From Vulcanimicrobiales bacterium (GTDB lineage: Bacteria > Vulcanimicrobiota > Vulcanimicrobiia > Vulcanimicrobiales > Vulcanimicrobiaceae), in assembly GCA_038215615.1 (NCBI GenBank), contig JBBQQR010000026.1, positions 1 through 27,871 of the forward strand: a stretch of 27,871 nt of DNA. Reading direction: 5' to 3'. Both the position numbers and the translations under genes were made by a program. The notes beneath the pieces are model-generated. The model had not been told where the DNA came from. It searched no databases and saw only the letters and a list, made by a program, of their open reading frames with translations. Below, in pieces: positions 9,164-19,164 of the stretch (position 1 is its first letter; every line of letters starts with the position of its first letter).

Positions 9164-9648
9164 TGGCTAAGTCGAAGCAAACCCGGGCGGCTCAAAAAGT
9201 CGTCAAGAAAGCAGCGCCCGCGGTTGACAACAGGCGCGCGCGCCACGAGTTCCATATTTTGGAGTCGCTCGAGGCCGGCATCGCGCTGACCGGCACCGAG
9301 ATCAAATCGATCCGCGCGGGCGGCGTTAGCCTGAATCAGGCCTACGCGCGTTTGCGCGAAGGCGAGATGTGGCTGCTGGGCATGCACGTGCCCGCGTACA
9401 AGCAGGGAAGTTTTTCCAACGTCGATCCCGACCGGCCCCGCAAGCTGCTGCTGCACAAAGAACAGATTGCGCGTCTGGGCGGAAAGGCGTCGGAGAAAGG
9501 TCTCACGCTCGTCCCGCTGCGGCTCTATTTCACACGCGGAAAGGCGAAGATCGAAATCGGTCTGGCGCGCGGCAAGAAACTTTGGGACAAACGCGCCGAC
9601 ACGGCCAAGCGCGACGTCGCGCGCGAAATCGCCCGGCACAGCCGCTGA
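9163..9648 (+). CDS. smpB: SsrA-binding protein
   Basis: NRRARHEF, EAGIALTGTEIKSIR, RKLLLHK, LVPLRLYF, GKKLWDKR. Confidence 0.98.
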   Translation: MAKSKQTRAAQKVVKKAAPAVDNRRARHEFHILESLEAGIALTGTEIKSIRAGGVSLNQAYARLREGEMWLLGMHVPAYKQGSFSNVDPDRPRKLLLHKEQIARLGGKASEKGLTLVPLRLYFTRGKAKIEIGLARGKKLWDKRADTAKRDVAREIARHSR

Positions 9649-10532
9649 TGCGCGGCGCCAAACCGCTGCGTTCGATCGAACTGGCCGTGAAACGCGAGGG
9701 CGCGGTGCGCGCGGGCGAGCGCGTCCTGGTCGCGTGCAGCGGCGGCTCGGACAGCGTCGCGCTGGCTGCGATTTTTGCGGCGCTCTCCAAATCGCTGCGC
9801 TTGCGGCTGACGCTCGCGCACGTCAATCACGGCGTCCGGGCCTCCGCCTGGCAAGATGAAGCGGTTGCCATGCGCGTCTCCGCAGCTCTCGGCCTTCCAT
9901 TTAAGGTGGCGCAGCTGAAGCTGCCGCGCCGCGGCGAGGCCCAGATGCGCGAAGCGCGTTATGAAGCGCTGACCCGTCTCGCGATCGAAGCCGGGTGTTC
10001 GGCGGTTGCGACCGGGCATAACGCGAGCGATCAGACCGAGACGGTGCTTCTCGCGCTCTTTCGCGGCACGGGAGCAGAGGGTTTGGCCGGCATGCCTGCC
10101 CGCAGGCCCCTGGCGCAAGGGGTAGACCTGGCCCGCCCCGTCCTTCGCCTCGAGCGCGAAGACTTGCGCTCTTACGCCGCCCATCTCGGCCTGCCGTACG
10201 CGATCGACCCTACCAATGCCGACCGTGCCCTGCGGCGGAACGCGGTGAGGATGGCCCTGACGGCGCTGCGCCCGCTCTTTCCGGGTCTGGATGCCGCGGT
10301 CGCTCGCGCGGCGGAGGTCGTCGGCGCGGAGTTCCGGGCTTCGCCGGCCGCGGCGGTCCGCAGGCAGGTTCGCGAGGCGCTGCGGGAGCACGAAGCCCTG
10401 GGTGGCGTGGATTTCGAACACATCGAGGCGGCCGTCCGGGCGCTCCAGCGAGGCGGCTCGGGCCGGTTCTTCATGGCCCCCGGGGTGGAAATCGAAGTCG
10501 CGGGCGGCTCGCTAACCGTGCAGCGTAAGTGA
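9648..10532 (+). CDS. tilS: tRNA(Ile)-lysidine synthetase (short form)
   Basis: PP-loop SGGSDS, HVNHGVR, REARY, TGHNASDQTETVL, DPTN, RNAVR; tilS-hpt-ftsH context. Confidence 0.93.
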   Translation: MRGAKPLRSIELAVKREGAVRAGERVLVACSGGSDSVALAAIFAALSKSLRLRLTLAHVNHGVRASAWQDEAVAMRVSAALGLPFKVAQLKLPRRGEAQMREARYEALTRLAIEAGCSAVATGHNASDQTETVLLALFRGTGAEGLAGMPARRPLAQGVDLARPVLRLEREDLRSYAAHLGLPYAIDPTNADRALRRNAVRMALTALRPLFPGLDAAVARAAEVVGAEFRASPAAAVRRQVREALREHEALGGVDFEHIEAAVRALQRGGSGRFFMAPGVEIEVAGGSLTVQRK

Positions 10533-11086
10533 TAGACACCATCGAGAAGGCGCTCTTTTCATCGGAAGAGATCGCCGCCGCCATCGACCGGCTGGCCAAG
10601 CAGATCGCCCGCGATTACGCAGGGCAACCGCTGCTGGTGCTGGGCGTGTTAAAGGGAGCGCTCTACGTCACGGTCGATCTGGTACGCGCCCTGTCGCGCT
10701 TGCCCGACGGACCAAGCAGAATCGAACTCGATTTCATCGTCGTTTCCAGTTACGGAAACTCGAGCCGGTCGAGCGGAGAGGTGCGGTTGCTCAAAGATAC
10801 CAGCGAGAAGATTGCGGGGCGCAACGTGCTCGTCGTCGAGGATATTATCGACAACGGCCTCACGCTGCAGTACCTTCGATCGTTACTCTCCGGACGTGAG
10901 CCTGCGAGCCTGAAATCGTGCGTGTTATTCGACAAACCGTATCACCGGATCGTCGAGGTGCCCGTAGATTACACGGGCCTGACCGCGCCTGATGTCTTCG
11001 TCGTAGGGTACGGTTTGGACTATCAAGAAAACTACCGCAACCTTCCCTACCTCGCGCAGCTGCAATCCTGGGTATTTTCGGAATAA
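10529..11086 (+). CDS. hpt: Hypoxanthine phosphoribosyltransferase
   Basis: GVLKGA, VSSYG, PRPP motif VLVVEDIIDNGLTL, FVVGYGLDYQENYRNLPY. Confidence 0.97.
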   Translation: MIDTIEKALFSSEEIAAAIDRLAKQIARDYAGQPLLVLGVLKGALYVTVDLVRALSRLPDGPSRIELDFIVVSSYGNSSRSSGEVRLLKDTSEKIAGRNVLVVEDIIDNGLTLQYLRSLLSGREPASLKSCVLFDKPYHRIVEVPVDYTGLTAPDVFVVGYGLDYQENYRNLPYLAQLQSWVFSE

Positions 11087-11099
11087 GGCACATTCACTC

Positions 11100-13010
11100 G
11101 TGAGTAAAAATCTTCGTAGCATCTTCGTGATTCTCGGCGCCGTGATCGTCGTATTTCTCATTGTGCAGTGGGTCGTGCTGCCCAGAGCCGACGTCGTGCC
11201 GCTGGATTACAACGCTTTCAATCAAAAACTGCAAGCCAACCAGGTTCAGACTTTTGACGCCATCGGCACCGACGTCACGGGAACGCTCACCAACGGAACG
11301 CATTATTCGACCTCGCTGCCCAACCGCGACTCTGCATTCGTCGACCGGGTAACGCGCCACGTCAAAGGCAGCGTAAAGTTCGAGACGGCTAGCTCCGGGA
11401 ACGTGATGAATTGGGCGCTGACGCTGCTGCCGATCGTCGTCGTGATCTTCCTGGTCTTTCTCATACTCCGCCAAGCGCAGAGCGGAGGAAACCAAGCGCT
11501 CTCATTCGGACGGTCGCGCGCGAAGACGCTCTCCGAAAACAGGCCCAAGGTGACGTTCAACGACGTCGCCGGCGTGGATGAAGCCAAAGAAGAGCTGGGC
11601 GAGATCGTCGAGTTCCTGAAGTATCCCAAAAAATTCCAAGCGCTGGGCGCGCGCATTCCCAAGGGCGTGCTGCTGTTGGGCCCGCCGGGATCCGGCAAGA
11701 CTCTGCTCGCGCGAGCGATCGCGGGCGAAGCGGGCGTGCCGTTCTTTTCAATCTCCGGTTCGGATTTCGTGGAGATGTTCGTCGGCGTCGGCGCATCGCG
11801 CGTGCGCGATCTCTTCGACCAAGCCAAGAAGTCCGCTCCGTGTATCGTCTTCATCGATGAAATCGACGCCGTCGGACGCCAGCGCGGCGCCGGCCTCGGC
11901 GGCGGACACGACGAGCGCGAGCAGACGCTCAATCAGTTGCTCGTCGAGATGGACGGTTTCGATCAAAACACCGGCGTCATCCTGATTGCCGCAACCAACC
12001 GCCCCGACGTCCTCGATCCGGCGCTGCTGCGTCCGGGACGCTTCGACCGGCAGATCGTCGTCGACGGCGCCGACATGCGCGGCCGGCAAAAAATTCTCGA
12101 AATACACGCGCGCAACAAACCGCTGGGCAAAGAAGTCAAACTCGAAACGCTGGCCAAACGCACGCCGGGCTTCTCGGGCGCCGACCTCGAGAACTTGCTG
12201 AACGAAGCGGCGCTGCTGGCTGCGCGGCGGAATAAGACGACGATCGAGATGAACGATTGCGATGAAGCGATCGATCGCGTCATGGTCGGACCGGAACGCC
12301 GCTCAATCGTTATGTCGCAAAAAGAAAAAGAGATCGCGGCTTATCACGAGTCCGGACACGCCATCGTCGGAAGTTTAACCGAGAAGGGCGATCCGATTCA
12401 CAAGGTCACCATCATTCCGCGCGGCGTTGCGCTCGGTTTAACTTGGTCGTTGCCCGAAGACGACCGGCATAGCCGAACGAAAGAAGAGCTGCTGGGCATC
12501 GTCATGTTCTCGCTGGGCGGGCGGCTGGCCGAGGAGATCAAATTTAAAGACGTGACGACCGGCGCGAGCAACGACTTCGAGAAAGCGACCGAGCTTGCGC
12601 GCCGCATGGTAACGCAATACGGCATGTCGGATACGCTCGGGCCCATCCAGTACGGACGCGGGACGCACCAGGTCTTTCTCGGGCGCGATTTTGGTGAAGA
12701 GCGCAATTACTCCGAAGAGATCGCTTCGAAGATCGATGCCGAGGTGCGCCGGATCATCGAGAGTTGCTACGATCGCGGACGGACGCTGCTCAACGAGAAC
12801 TGGGACAAAGTAGAACGCATGGTCGCCTCGTTGCTGGAGTACGAAACGGTCGAAGCCGAAGAAGTGAAAGCGATCTTGGAAGGGCGGCCTTTCGATCGCG
12901 GGACGCTCGAACCCGCATCTGAAGTGGCGCCGCGTTCGACGGCCGATTCGCCCAAGCGCGCCGAAAAACCCAAGCGCCTACCGCCGAAAATTTCGCCGGA
13001 ACCGGCATGA
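11100..13010 (+). CDS. ftsH: ATP-dependent zinc metalloprotease FtsH
   Basis: Two N-terminal TM helices, Walker A GPPGSGKT, Walker [12 protein letters not shown], and HESGH zinc motif. Confidence 0.99.
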   Translation: MSKNLRSIFVILGAVIVVFLIVQWVVLPRADVVPLDYNAFNQKLQANQVQTFDAIGTDVTGTLTNGTHYSTSLPNRDSAFVDRVTRHVKGSVKFETASSGNVMNWALTLLPIVVVIFLVFLILRQAQSGGNQALSFGRSRAKTLSENRPKVTFNDVAGVDEAKEELGEIVEFLKYPKKFQALGARIPKGVLLLGPPGSGKTLLARAIAGEAGVPFFSISGSDFVEMFVGVGASRVRDLFDQAKKSAPCIVFIDEIDAVGRQRGAGLGGGHDEREQTLNQLLVEMDGFDQNTGVILIAATNRPDVLDPALLRPGRFDRQIVVDGADMRGRQKILEIHARNKPLGKEVKLETLAKRTPGFSGADLENLLNEAALLAARRNKTTIEMNDCDEAIDRVMVGPERRSIVMSQKEKEIAAYHESGHAIVGSLTEKGDPIHKVTIIPRGVALGLTWSLPEDDRHSRTKEELLGIVMFSLGGRLAEEIKFKDVTTGASNDFEKATELARRMVTQYGMSDTLGPIQYGRGTHQVFLGRDFGEERNYSEEIASKIDAEVRRIIESCYDRGRTLLNENWDKVERMVASLLEYETVEAEEVKAILEGRPFDRGTLEPASEVAPRSTADSPKRAEKPKRLPPKISPEPA

Positions 13011-14266
13011 TCGTTCGGGCCGCGCGCGGTGCGGCGGCCGCTTTGTGCCTAACCGCAGCTTTTTTGGCGCCCGCGCGCGCCCAACTCGTCACCACGCACG
13101 ACGACCCGTCCGCGGCGACAACTGCCGTCGAACTGTGGTATCGCGCTCCCTCCGCTGGCTACGATTTCAAGTCGCCGGGAATCGCCCGCATGGCGCTGGC
13201 CGCCGCGGTCGCTTCGAAAACTGCCGGCGGATCGTCGCTGAGTGAAATCGTCAACCGGCTCGGAGGGTCGCTTTCGATCCAAGTCTTTCCGGATATATCG
13301 ATGGTAGGCGCCAGCGTGCCGGCCGCGTCGGCCCCCGCGGTGCTCCGCGCGATGAGCGGCGCATTTTTTAACCCCGTCATTACCGCCGCGGGTTTAAAAA
13401 TCGCCGCACAGGATAGCGCCGTCGCGGCGGCGTCGCAGAGGTACGATTCGGCGCTGACGCTGCAGGACGCGCTGTTCGCTCAAATCTTTTCGCAAGGGCC
13501 GGCACATTACGCGCCGGTCCCCGCCGCCGCGGAGTTTGCAAAAATCTCGCCGGCCGACGTGCAAGCTTTTGCGTCGCGCGCGTTTCGCAAGAGCAACGCG
13601 ATCTTTTCGCTCGCGGGAAACGTTTCGGACGCGCTCAAAGCGGCCGTGCCGCCGCCGGTTGCAGCGCTCGATTCGGCTCCGCTCGACTCAACGCCGGCAG
13701 GCGTGCCGGGCGAAGCGAATGCCGCCGCGCCCGTGCCCGGCATGGGATTTGCTTGGACCGGCCCGCGCATCTCGGATGCACGCGCCGCAACGGCCATGGA
13801 TTTTATTGCCGATTATCTCTTCGATCCGGATCGCGGAACGGTGACCCGCGCGACGCGCTCGCGTAACGTATTTGCGGGGGGGCAGTTCGTAACGCTGCAC
13901 GATCCCGGCGTTCTTCTGGTGACGCTTTCGGGCGAAACGGCGGCCGCGCTGCAGCAGCCGGTGCTCGACGCCGTCTCGGCCATGGCGCAGCCGCTGGATG
14001 CGGCGACCTTTTCCAAAGCGCGCGAAGCTTTTCTCTACCACATCATGAGCCAAATACAGACGCCGATGCAGCGCGCCGACGACGCGGGATGGTATGCGGC
14101 CGAGGGCAATGCGCAATACGCGCCGGGCGACCCCTCGGATACATACGTCAATGCGGTGAACTCGCTCGATCCGCAGTTTGTCGCGCAAGTCGCGCGCATG
14201 TATCTCCAGCGACCGGCTATCGTGCGGCTCATCCAAAGCTCTCCAGGGGGGGCCACCGCGACGTGA
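13007..14266 (+). CDS. Secreted M16 (insulinase)-like protein lacking HXXEH
   Basis: Signal peptide ending ARA. M16-like segments (AVELWYRAPS-GYD..PGIARM.., ISPADVQAFASRAF, LAGNV, HDPGVLLV, YVNAVNSLDPQFVAQVARMYL). GIARMALAA sits where GxAHxxEH is expected. Confidence 0.7.
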   Translation: MIVRAARGAAAALCLTAAFLAPARAQLVTTHDDPSAATTAVELWYRAPSAGYDFKSPGIARMALAAAVASKTAGGSSLSEIVNRLGGSLSIQVFPDISMVGASVPAASAPAVLRAMSGAFFNPVITAAGLKIAAQDSAVAAASQRYDSALTLQDALFAQIFSQGPAHYAPVPAAAEFAKISPADVQAFASRAFRKSNAIFSLAGNVSDALKAAVPPPVAALDSAPLDSTPAGVPGEANAAAPVPGMGFAWTGPRISDARAATAMDFIADYLFDPDRGTVTRATRSRNVFAGGQFVTLHDPGVLLVTLSGETAAALQQPVLDAVSAMAQPLDAATFSKAREAFLYHIMSQIQTPMQRADDAGWYAAEGNAQYAPGDPSDTYVNAVNSLDPQFVAQVARMYLQRPAIVRLIQSSPGGATAT

Positions 14267-15567
14267 CGCGCGCGATCGCCGCACTCTGCGGCCTACTGTT
14301 GCTCGCCGCGAGCCCGCAGGCCCGAGCAGCTGCGAACTCCGGCGTCACACGCGTCTCGGGCGGCGCGGTCGTGCGTCAAGACGACCCCGTGGCCGATCTG
14401 ATTGGCACCCAAGTGCGGATCCCCGCCGGACTCGACCGCCAAAATCCGGACCAGAACGGGCTTGCCGCGCTGGTCGCCGAGGCGATCCAGCAAACGCCGG
14501 TCGACGGCGTGCCGCTGGGAGATTCGATTGCCGGCGACGGCGGCGCGATCGTCTACGACGTGGATCCGCACGACGTGCGCTTTTATCTTGAAGGTCTTCC
14601 CGCTTCGTACGATTCGATGCTCGCGCGTTTCCGCAGCGCGCTGGCGAGACCGGACTTTAGCCCCCAGGCGCTCGCGCGCGCGCGCACCGCACTCGGCGCG
14701 CGCATTGCGCGAACGCAGCAGCTTCCGCTGACCGTCGGATTGCAGATGCTCAACCGCACTTTTTACACCGATTCCGACGCCGGCATGCCGCCGCTGGGTT
14801 TACCGCAGACGCTGGCCGGCTTTGTAACCAGCGACGCGCAAGCGTTCTTTGCTAAGCACTATGTGCGCGAAGGCTCGGTCGTGAGCGCGGCCGGCAAACT
14901 GGGCGGCATTGCTTCAGGATCGCTCGAGGCAGTGATCGGCGTGCTCGGCCTCGGTTCGTCCGCACCCGCAAGAGTATCGCTAAAACAATTGCCTTCGAAC
15001 ACGCGGCAGCTGATCGCGCGGCGCGACATCCCCGTACCGTGGCTCGTCGCGCAATATAAAGCTCCGGATTTGCAGAGCCGCGATTTCGGGCCGATGCTCG
15101 TACTGACGTCGTTCTTGGAACGCACGCTGGCCGACGTTGCGGGAGTCCCGACGCTTTCCACCGCGTCGTCGGGTTCGGGCGGAGTCGGTGCGACGTATAA
15201 TTTCGATACGCAGCCGGCGAACGTCGTGGTCTACGTGGACGGCGGCGGCAATCCTACGCAAGTCTTCGCGACCGCTCTCACCATCGTCAACGTTTTGGGT
15301 CACGCGAAGCTCGCGGGTGACCTCACCGACATGAAAACGTTTGCGATTGGACGTTTTCTCGACCAATCGGCTACGCTGCGCGATCGCGCCTGGCTGGCCG
15401 GCACGTTCGTCGGCCGACACTTGGGTCCGGATTACACGACCCAAACGATCGCGGCGATCCAAAAGACGACCGCCTCGGATCTGCAGCGCATCGCAGTCCG
15501 CTACCTGGGCTTCCCAAATATCGCGCTCGTGCTGCCGCGAGATTCGCAGCAAAACCCTTCGCCCTAG
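14263..15567 (+). CDS. Secreted M16 (insulinase)-like protein lacking HXXEH
   Basis: Signal peptide; PAGLDRQ..NGLAALVAEAI, LARPDF, DAQAFFAKHY, SAAGKL, IQKTTASDLQRIAVRYL. GTGA overlap with the upstream gene. Confidence 0.7.
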   Translation: MTRAIAALCGLLLLAASPQARAAANSGVTRVSGGAVVRQDDPVADLIGTQVRIPAGLDRQNPDQNGLAALVAEAIQQTPVDGVPLGDSIAGDGGAIVYDVDPHDVRFYLEGLPASYDSMLARFRSALARPDFSPQALARARTALGARIARTQQLPLTVGLQMLNRTFYTDSDAGMPPLGLPQTLAGFVTSDAQAFFAKHYVREGSVVSAAGKLGGIASGSLEAVIGVLGLGSSAPARVSLKQLPSNTRQLIARRDIPVPWLVAQYKAPDLQSRDFGPMLVLTSFLERTLADVAGVPTLSTASSGSGGVGATYNFDTQPANVVVYVDGGGNPTQVFATALTIVNVLGHAKLAGDLTDMKTFAIGRFLDQSATLRDRAWLAGTFVGRHLGPDYTTQTIAAIQKTTASDLQRIAVRYLGFPNIALVLPRDSQQNPSP

Positions 15568-15568
15568 T

Positions 15569-16630
15569 TTGCGCGTAGCGCTCGTCCACGATTATCTCAA
15601 TCAGCGCGGTGGCGCCGAGCGCGTCTTCGCGCACATCGCGCAAGCCTATCCGCAAGCCCCGGTATACACCGCTCTATACGACGCGCGCACGACCGGCGAC
15701 CTGATCGACGGGAGCCGCGTCCGCGCGTCGTACCTGAACAACATCCCGGGATCGAACCGCTTTTTCCGTTACCTGGCGCCGTTGTATCCGCGCGCGTTCG
15801 AAAGCTTCGATTTCTCCGGCTTCGACACGATCGTCAGTTCGACGACCTCATGGGCGAAGGGCATTCGCGTTCCGCCGGGCGCGCTTCACGTTTGCTACGT
15901 CAATACTGTCAGCCGTTTTCTGTTTGCTTACGACGACTACGTCGGTTCCGGCCTGGCGCGGCCGGTCGTCCGCAAGCTCGCGGATTGGGACCGGCGCGCC
16001 GCGATGTTGCCCACGCGGCTCATTGCGAATTCGCGTAACGTGGCGGATCGCATCATGCGCTACTACGGGCGCGAGAGCACGGTACTGCACTGTCCGGTCG
16101 ACCTCGACCGGTTCGCCGTCGGGCGCGGCGAAGGGAATTACTTCATCGTTGCCTCGCGGCTGTTGCCGTACAAAAGGATCGACGTGGCGATTCGCGCCGC
16201 GCAGATCGGGCAAGTGCCGCTGGTTGTCGCGGGAACGGGCCCGGACGAGAGGCGGCTGCGTGCGATCGCCGGCAATTCGCCGTGGATCAAGATGACGGGC
16301 TTTATCGGCGATACGGAACTGAACGATCTGCTTGGGAACGCTCTGGCCGCGATCGTTCCCGGTGAAGAAGATTTCGGCTTGGTGCCGCTGGAAGCGGCGG
16401 CCGCGGGACGACCTTCGATCGCGTTTCGCGCGGGCGGCGCGCTCGAAACGATCGTCGAGGGTGAAACGGGCGCTTTCTTTGACGAACCGGCGCCCGAGGC
16501 GTTGGCGCGCGTCATGGAGACGTTCGATGCGCGCGCATTCGATTCGGCCAGACTCAGGGCGCACGCGGAGAGATTTTCGCCGGAGATGTTTATCGCGAAG
16601 TTACGCGAGATCGTCGAAGAGACGCGCTAA
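15569..16630 (+). CDS. Glycosyltransferase family 4 (WbaZ-like)
   Basis: RVALVHDYLNQRGGAERV, SRLLPYKRID, EEDFGLVPLEAAAAGRP. TTG start 1 nt after the upstream stop. Confidence 0.93.
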   Translation: MRVALVHDYLNQRGGAERVFAHIAQAYPQAPVYTALYDARTTGDLIDGSRVRASYLNNIPGSNRFFRYLAPLYPRAFESFDFSGFDTIVSSTTSWAKGIRVPPGALHVCYVNTVSRFLFAYDDYVGSGLARPVVRKLADWDRRAAMLPTRLIANSRNVADRIMRYYGRESTVLHCPVDLDRFAVGRGEGNYFIVASRLLPYKRIDVAIRAAQIGQVPLVVAGTGPDERRLRAIAGNSPWIKMTGFIGDTELNDLLGNALAAIVPGEEDFGLVPLEAAAAGRPSIAFRAGGALETIVEGETGAFFDEPAPEALARVMETFDARAFDSARLRAHAERFSPEMFIAKLREIVEETR

Positions 16631-17605
16631 GGCGCGGGCGGGCGCGATAGGATCGAGCGCTGCGGCGCGCGCGAGACCGGCTTCGTGCAGCTGCCTGCGC
16701 GGCTCGGCATCGACGTAGATCCGCCGAAGTGCATCCCGCCACGCGATTGGGTCGAGCGGATCCACGAGCCACGCTGCGCCGGCGCAGGCTTCCGGAAGTG
16801 CGGCTGCATCGCTTGCAATAACCGGCGCTCCGCACGCCATCGCCTCGATTGCGGGAAGTCCGAACCCCTCCGCTAGCGACGGCACGGCAACGGCAACCGC
16901 TCCCGAATACAACTTTCGCAATTCATTATCGCCGGGTTGCACGCGCGATTTCTTTGCGTGCATCCGCGCGAGTGCGGCTTGGTCGCTCCGGTTCAGCTCG
17001 CCGGCGACGATCAGCTCGACCGCGTCGTCTCCGAACGCCGACTCGAACGCGTCAAAAAGCACCCGCGCATTCTTCCGCTCGTCGGGTCCGGCGACGAAGA
17101 GCACGTACGGCGAACAGTGCTGGGACGGCTCCGGATGCCAAAACGGCTCGATCGCAGGCGGCGCGATCGTGATGCGGCTGGGTTCGACGCCGAGATGCCG
17201 TTGCAGTTCGGTCGCGCTCCATTGCGATATGGTGACGATCGCTTGGGCTTCGCGCACGGCGCGCAGAATCGGCTGCTGTTCTTTCCGGCGCGCGAAAAAA
17301 CTCTTGTGCGGGTACGTGAAGGCAAACGCATCGTAGATCGTCGCAATCGCCGCCGCATGCGGATCGAAGCGGATGCCGTTCCACGGGTACCACACGGCCT
17401 CGGCCGGATTGCGGCGTAAATCGCGCGCTTCGATCAGCGGGTACGGGAACTCGGTCGTCAAGCCTTCGCCGGCGCGTTTGTTGCGCACGACGAGCCGCAC
17501 ATCGTTTTCACCGAGCGCTTGCAGGCCATGGAAAACTTGCCGCACGTAGCGTCCCATGCCGCGCCGGTCGGCGGCAAGGTTGTATGCGTCGACCGCCAGA
17601 TTCAC
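16601..17605 (-). CDS. Glycosyltransferase family 4 (MtfB/WbpY-like)
   Basis: NLAVDA..RRGMGRY, ERKNA, PSLAEGFGLPAIEAMACGAPVIASD. GTG at 17605 overlaps the CPBP gene stop. Confidence 0.9.
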   Translation of the reverse strand: MNLAVDAYNLAADRRGMGRYVRQVFHGLQALGENDVRLVVRNKRAGEGLTTEFPYPLIEARDLRRNPAEAVWYPWNGIRFDPHAAAIATIYDAFAFTYPHKSFFARRKEQQPILRAVREAQAIVTISQWSATELQRHLGVEPSRITIAPPAIEPFWHPEPSQHCSPYVLFVAGPDERKNARVLFDAFESAFGDDAVELIVAGELNRSDQAALARMHAKKSRVQPGDNELRKLYSGAVAVAVPSLAEGFGLPAIEAMACGAPVIASDAAALPEACAGAAWLVDPLDPIAWRDALRRIYVDAEPRRQLHEAGLARAAALDPIAPARALARLFDDLA

Positions 17606-18390
17606 TTCCCGAGTTGCGGTGCGAAGAGCAGAGCCACCAGCGAAACGGAATTGAACAAGCCGTGCGTTAGAATCGGAACATAAGCGTTCCGCGTCTTCGC
17701 GTATACGGCGCACAGAACCATTCCGCCCAAGCCGAGCGGCAGGGCCAGCACGATCCCCTGCGTAACGGAGCCCGGCTGCAAATGCGCCAGTCCGAAGAGC
17801 AGTCCGCTCACAATCGCTCCGGTCCAAAAGCCGGCCCACTTACGCACGGCATTAAAGAGCACGATGCGAAACAGCGTTTCTTCGAACACGGCTGCAACGA
17901 CGGTGCCGAGCAACGCGAATTCCGCCTTCGCAAGCGGCGTTTTCATGTTCAAATACAGCGTCACGGCTTGCTCGCTGACTTTCGTGTGGAGCACCGATTC
18001 CAGCAGCGAAGCCAGGCCATCGGTCAACAGAACCATCGCCACCGTTGCGGCCGCGATATACCCGGCATCTGAAAGCTTCAACTGTCGGAAGCCAAGGTCT
18101 CGCAGCGACATCTGCGCGACCTGCGGCAGAAGGAAGAGCAAAAACGCAACCGCTGCAATTTCGCCGATCATCTGAATCTGGACGGCAGGGAGACCCAAAA
18201 ACCAGCTCTTGACTCCGGCGGTAGTCGTCGCGCCGCTGGCAATTGCGAGAAACACGGCGGCCGCAACGATGACGAAGAAGATGACGAGCGCGCCGATGAG
18301 CAGCGCCAGCGTCATCAGCCAATGGAAAGATTTAGGCGGAAAGAGCGTCTGCGATTCTTGCGAAGTCGCCGATGGCGAGTTGTTCTCCAC
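17602..18390 (-). CDS. CPBP (CAAX/Abi) family intramembrane glutamic endopeptidase
   Basis: EETLFR, FGLAH and HGLFN motifs; multiple TM helices. GTG 18390 with GGAG upstream, inside the rsmA 3' end. Confidence 0.9.
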   Translation of the reverse strand: MENNSPSATSQESQTLFPPKSFHWLMTLALLIGALVIFFVIVAAAVFLAIASGATTTAGVKSWFLGLPAVQIQMIGEIAAVAFLLFLLPQVAQMSLRDLGFRQLKLSDAGYIAAATVAMVLLTDGLASLLESVLHTKVSEQAVTLYLNMKTPLAKAEFALLGTVVAAVFEETLFRIVLFNAVRKWAGFWTGAIVSGLLFGLAHLQPGSVTQGIVLALPLGLGGMVLCAVYAKTRNAYVPILTHGLFNSVSLVALLFAPQLGK

Positions 18391-19150
18391 GTATCTCCGT
18401 ATCGTAATCGAGTCTGCGCAGCACGTCGGTAACCGCTGCGCGCTCAATGTGCAGTGCCAGCGATAAACTATTCGCGAGCGTCTTGCGGCGGTACGCGAAC
18501 GCTCCGCGCACGACCTGCCAGAAGCGCGCGGCGTCGGAAACCGTGACCGCGGGCCGATCGCGGCGCTGCAAAACAACGATCGACGAATCGACTTTCGGCT
18601 GCGGATAAAACGCGCGGGGCGACAGCGTAAACGCGTGTTCGACGGTCATCGCATACTGCACCGCGACCGAAAGGCTGCCGTACGCGCGCGTACCGGGCTT
18701 GGCGCGCAGACGATCGACGACGTCTTTCTGCATCATGACAACGAGCGTCTGCGGCCCGTCTTGCATTTCGACGAAGCGCAAGATCAGCGGCGTAGCGATG
18801 TTGTAAGGAAGATTTCCGGTGACCGTCCATGGCGCACCCGCGGCGAAGCCGGCGTAGTCGAAGGTGAGTGCATCGCCTTGCACGAGCGTTGCACCCGCCA
18901 GATCTTCGCGCGAGCGCATGACGCGCAGCATGTTTTCGTCGAGCTCGATCGCCGTGACGTTCGCGTTTGCTTCAAGGAGCGCGTGGGTCAGGGTGCCGGT
19001 TCCCGGTCCGATCTCGAGCACCCGGGCTTGGCCGGAGTCAACGGCGAGCTGCGCGATGCGCGCCGCCGCTGTGGAATCGACGAGAAAATTTTGGCCGAGG
19101 CGCTTCTTGGGGCGATACCCGAAGCGCTGCAGCAGCTCCCGCGGATGCAT
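18332..19150 (-). CDS. rsmA: 16S rRNA m6,2A dimethyltransferase (KsgA)
   Basis: KKRLGQNFL, LEIGPGTG, GNLPYNIATP, MMQKDV, FYPQPKVDS, AFAYRRKTL. Confidence 0.97.
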   Translation of the reverse strand: MHPRELLQRFGYRPKKRLGQNFLVDSTAAARIAQLAVDSGQARVLEIGPGTGTLTHALLEANANVTAIELDENMLRVMRSREDLAGATLVQGDALTFDYAGFAAGAPWTVTGNLPYNIATPLILRFVEMQDGPQTLVVMMQKDVVDRLRAKPGTRAYGSLSVAVQYAMTVEHAFTLSPRAFYPQPKVDSSIVVLQRRDRPAVTVSDAARFWQVVRGAFAYRRKTLANSLSLALHIERAAVTDVLRRLDYDTEIRGEQLAIGDFARIADALSA

Positions 19151-19164
19151 GGGAGCCGCTTCAA

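Noticed and set aside
9163..9648. tmRNA (ssrA) gene near smpB
   Set aside because: smpB is flanked by overlapping CDSs, and no gap in the window shows tmRNA ends.
16601..18390. Gene overlaps (30-nt convergent GT4/GT4; 59-nt rsmA/CPBP)
   Set aside because: Consistent with general genome compaction; no specific functional signal seen.
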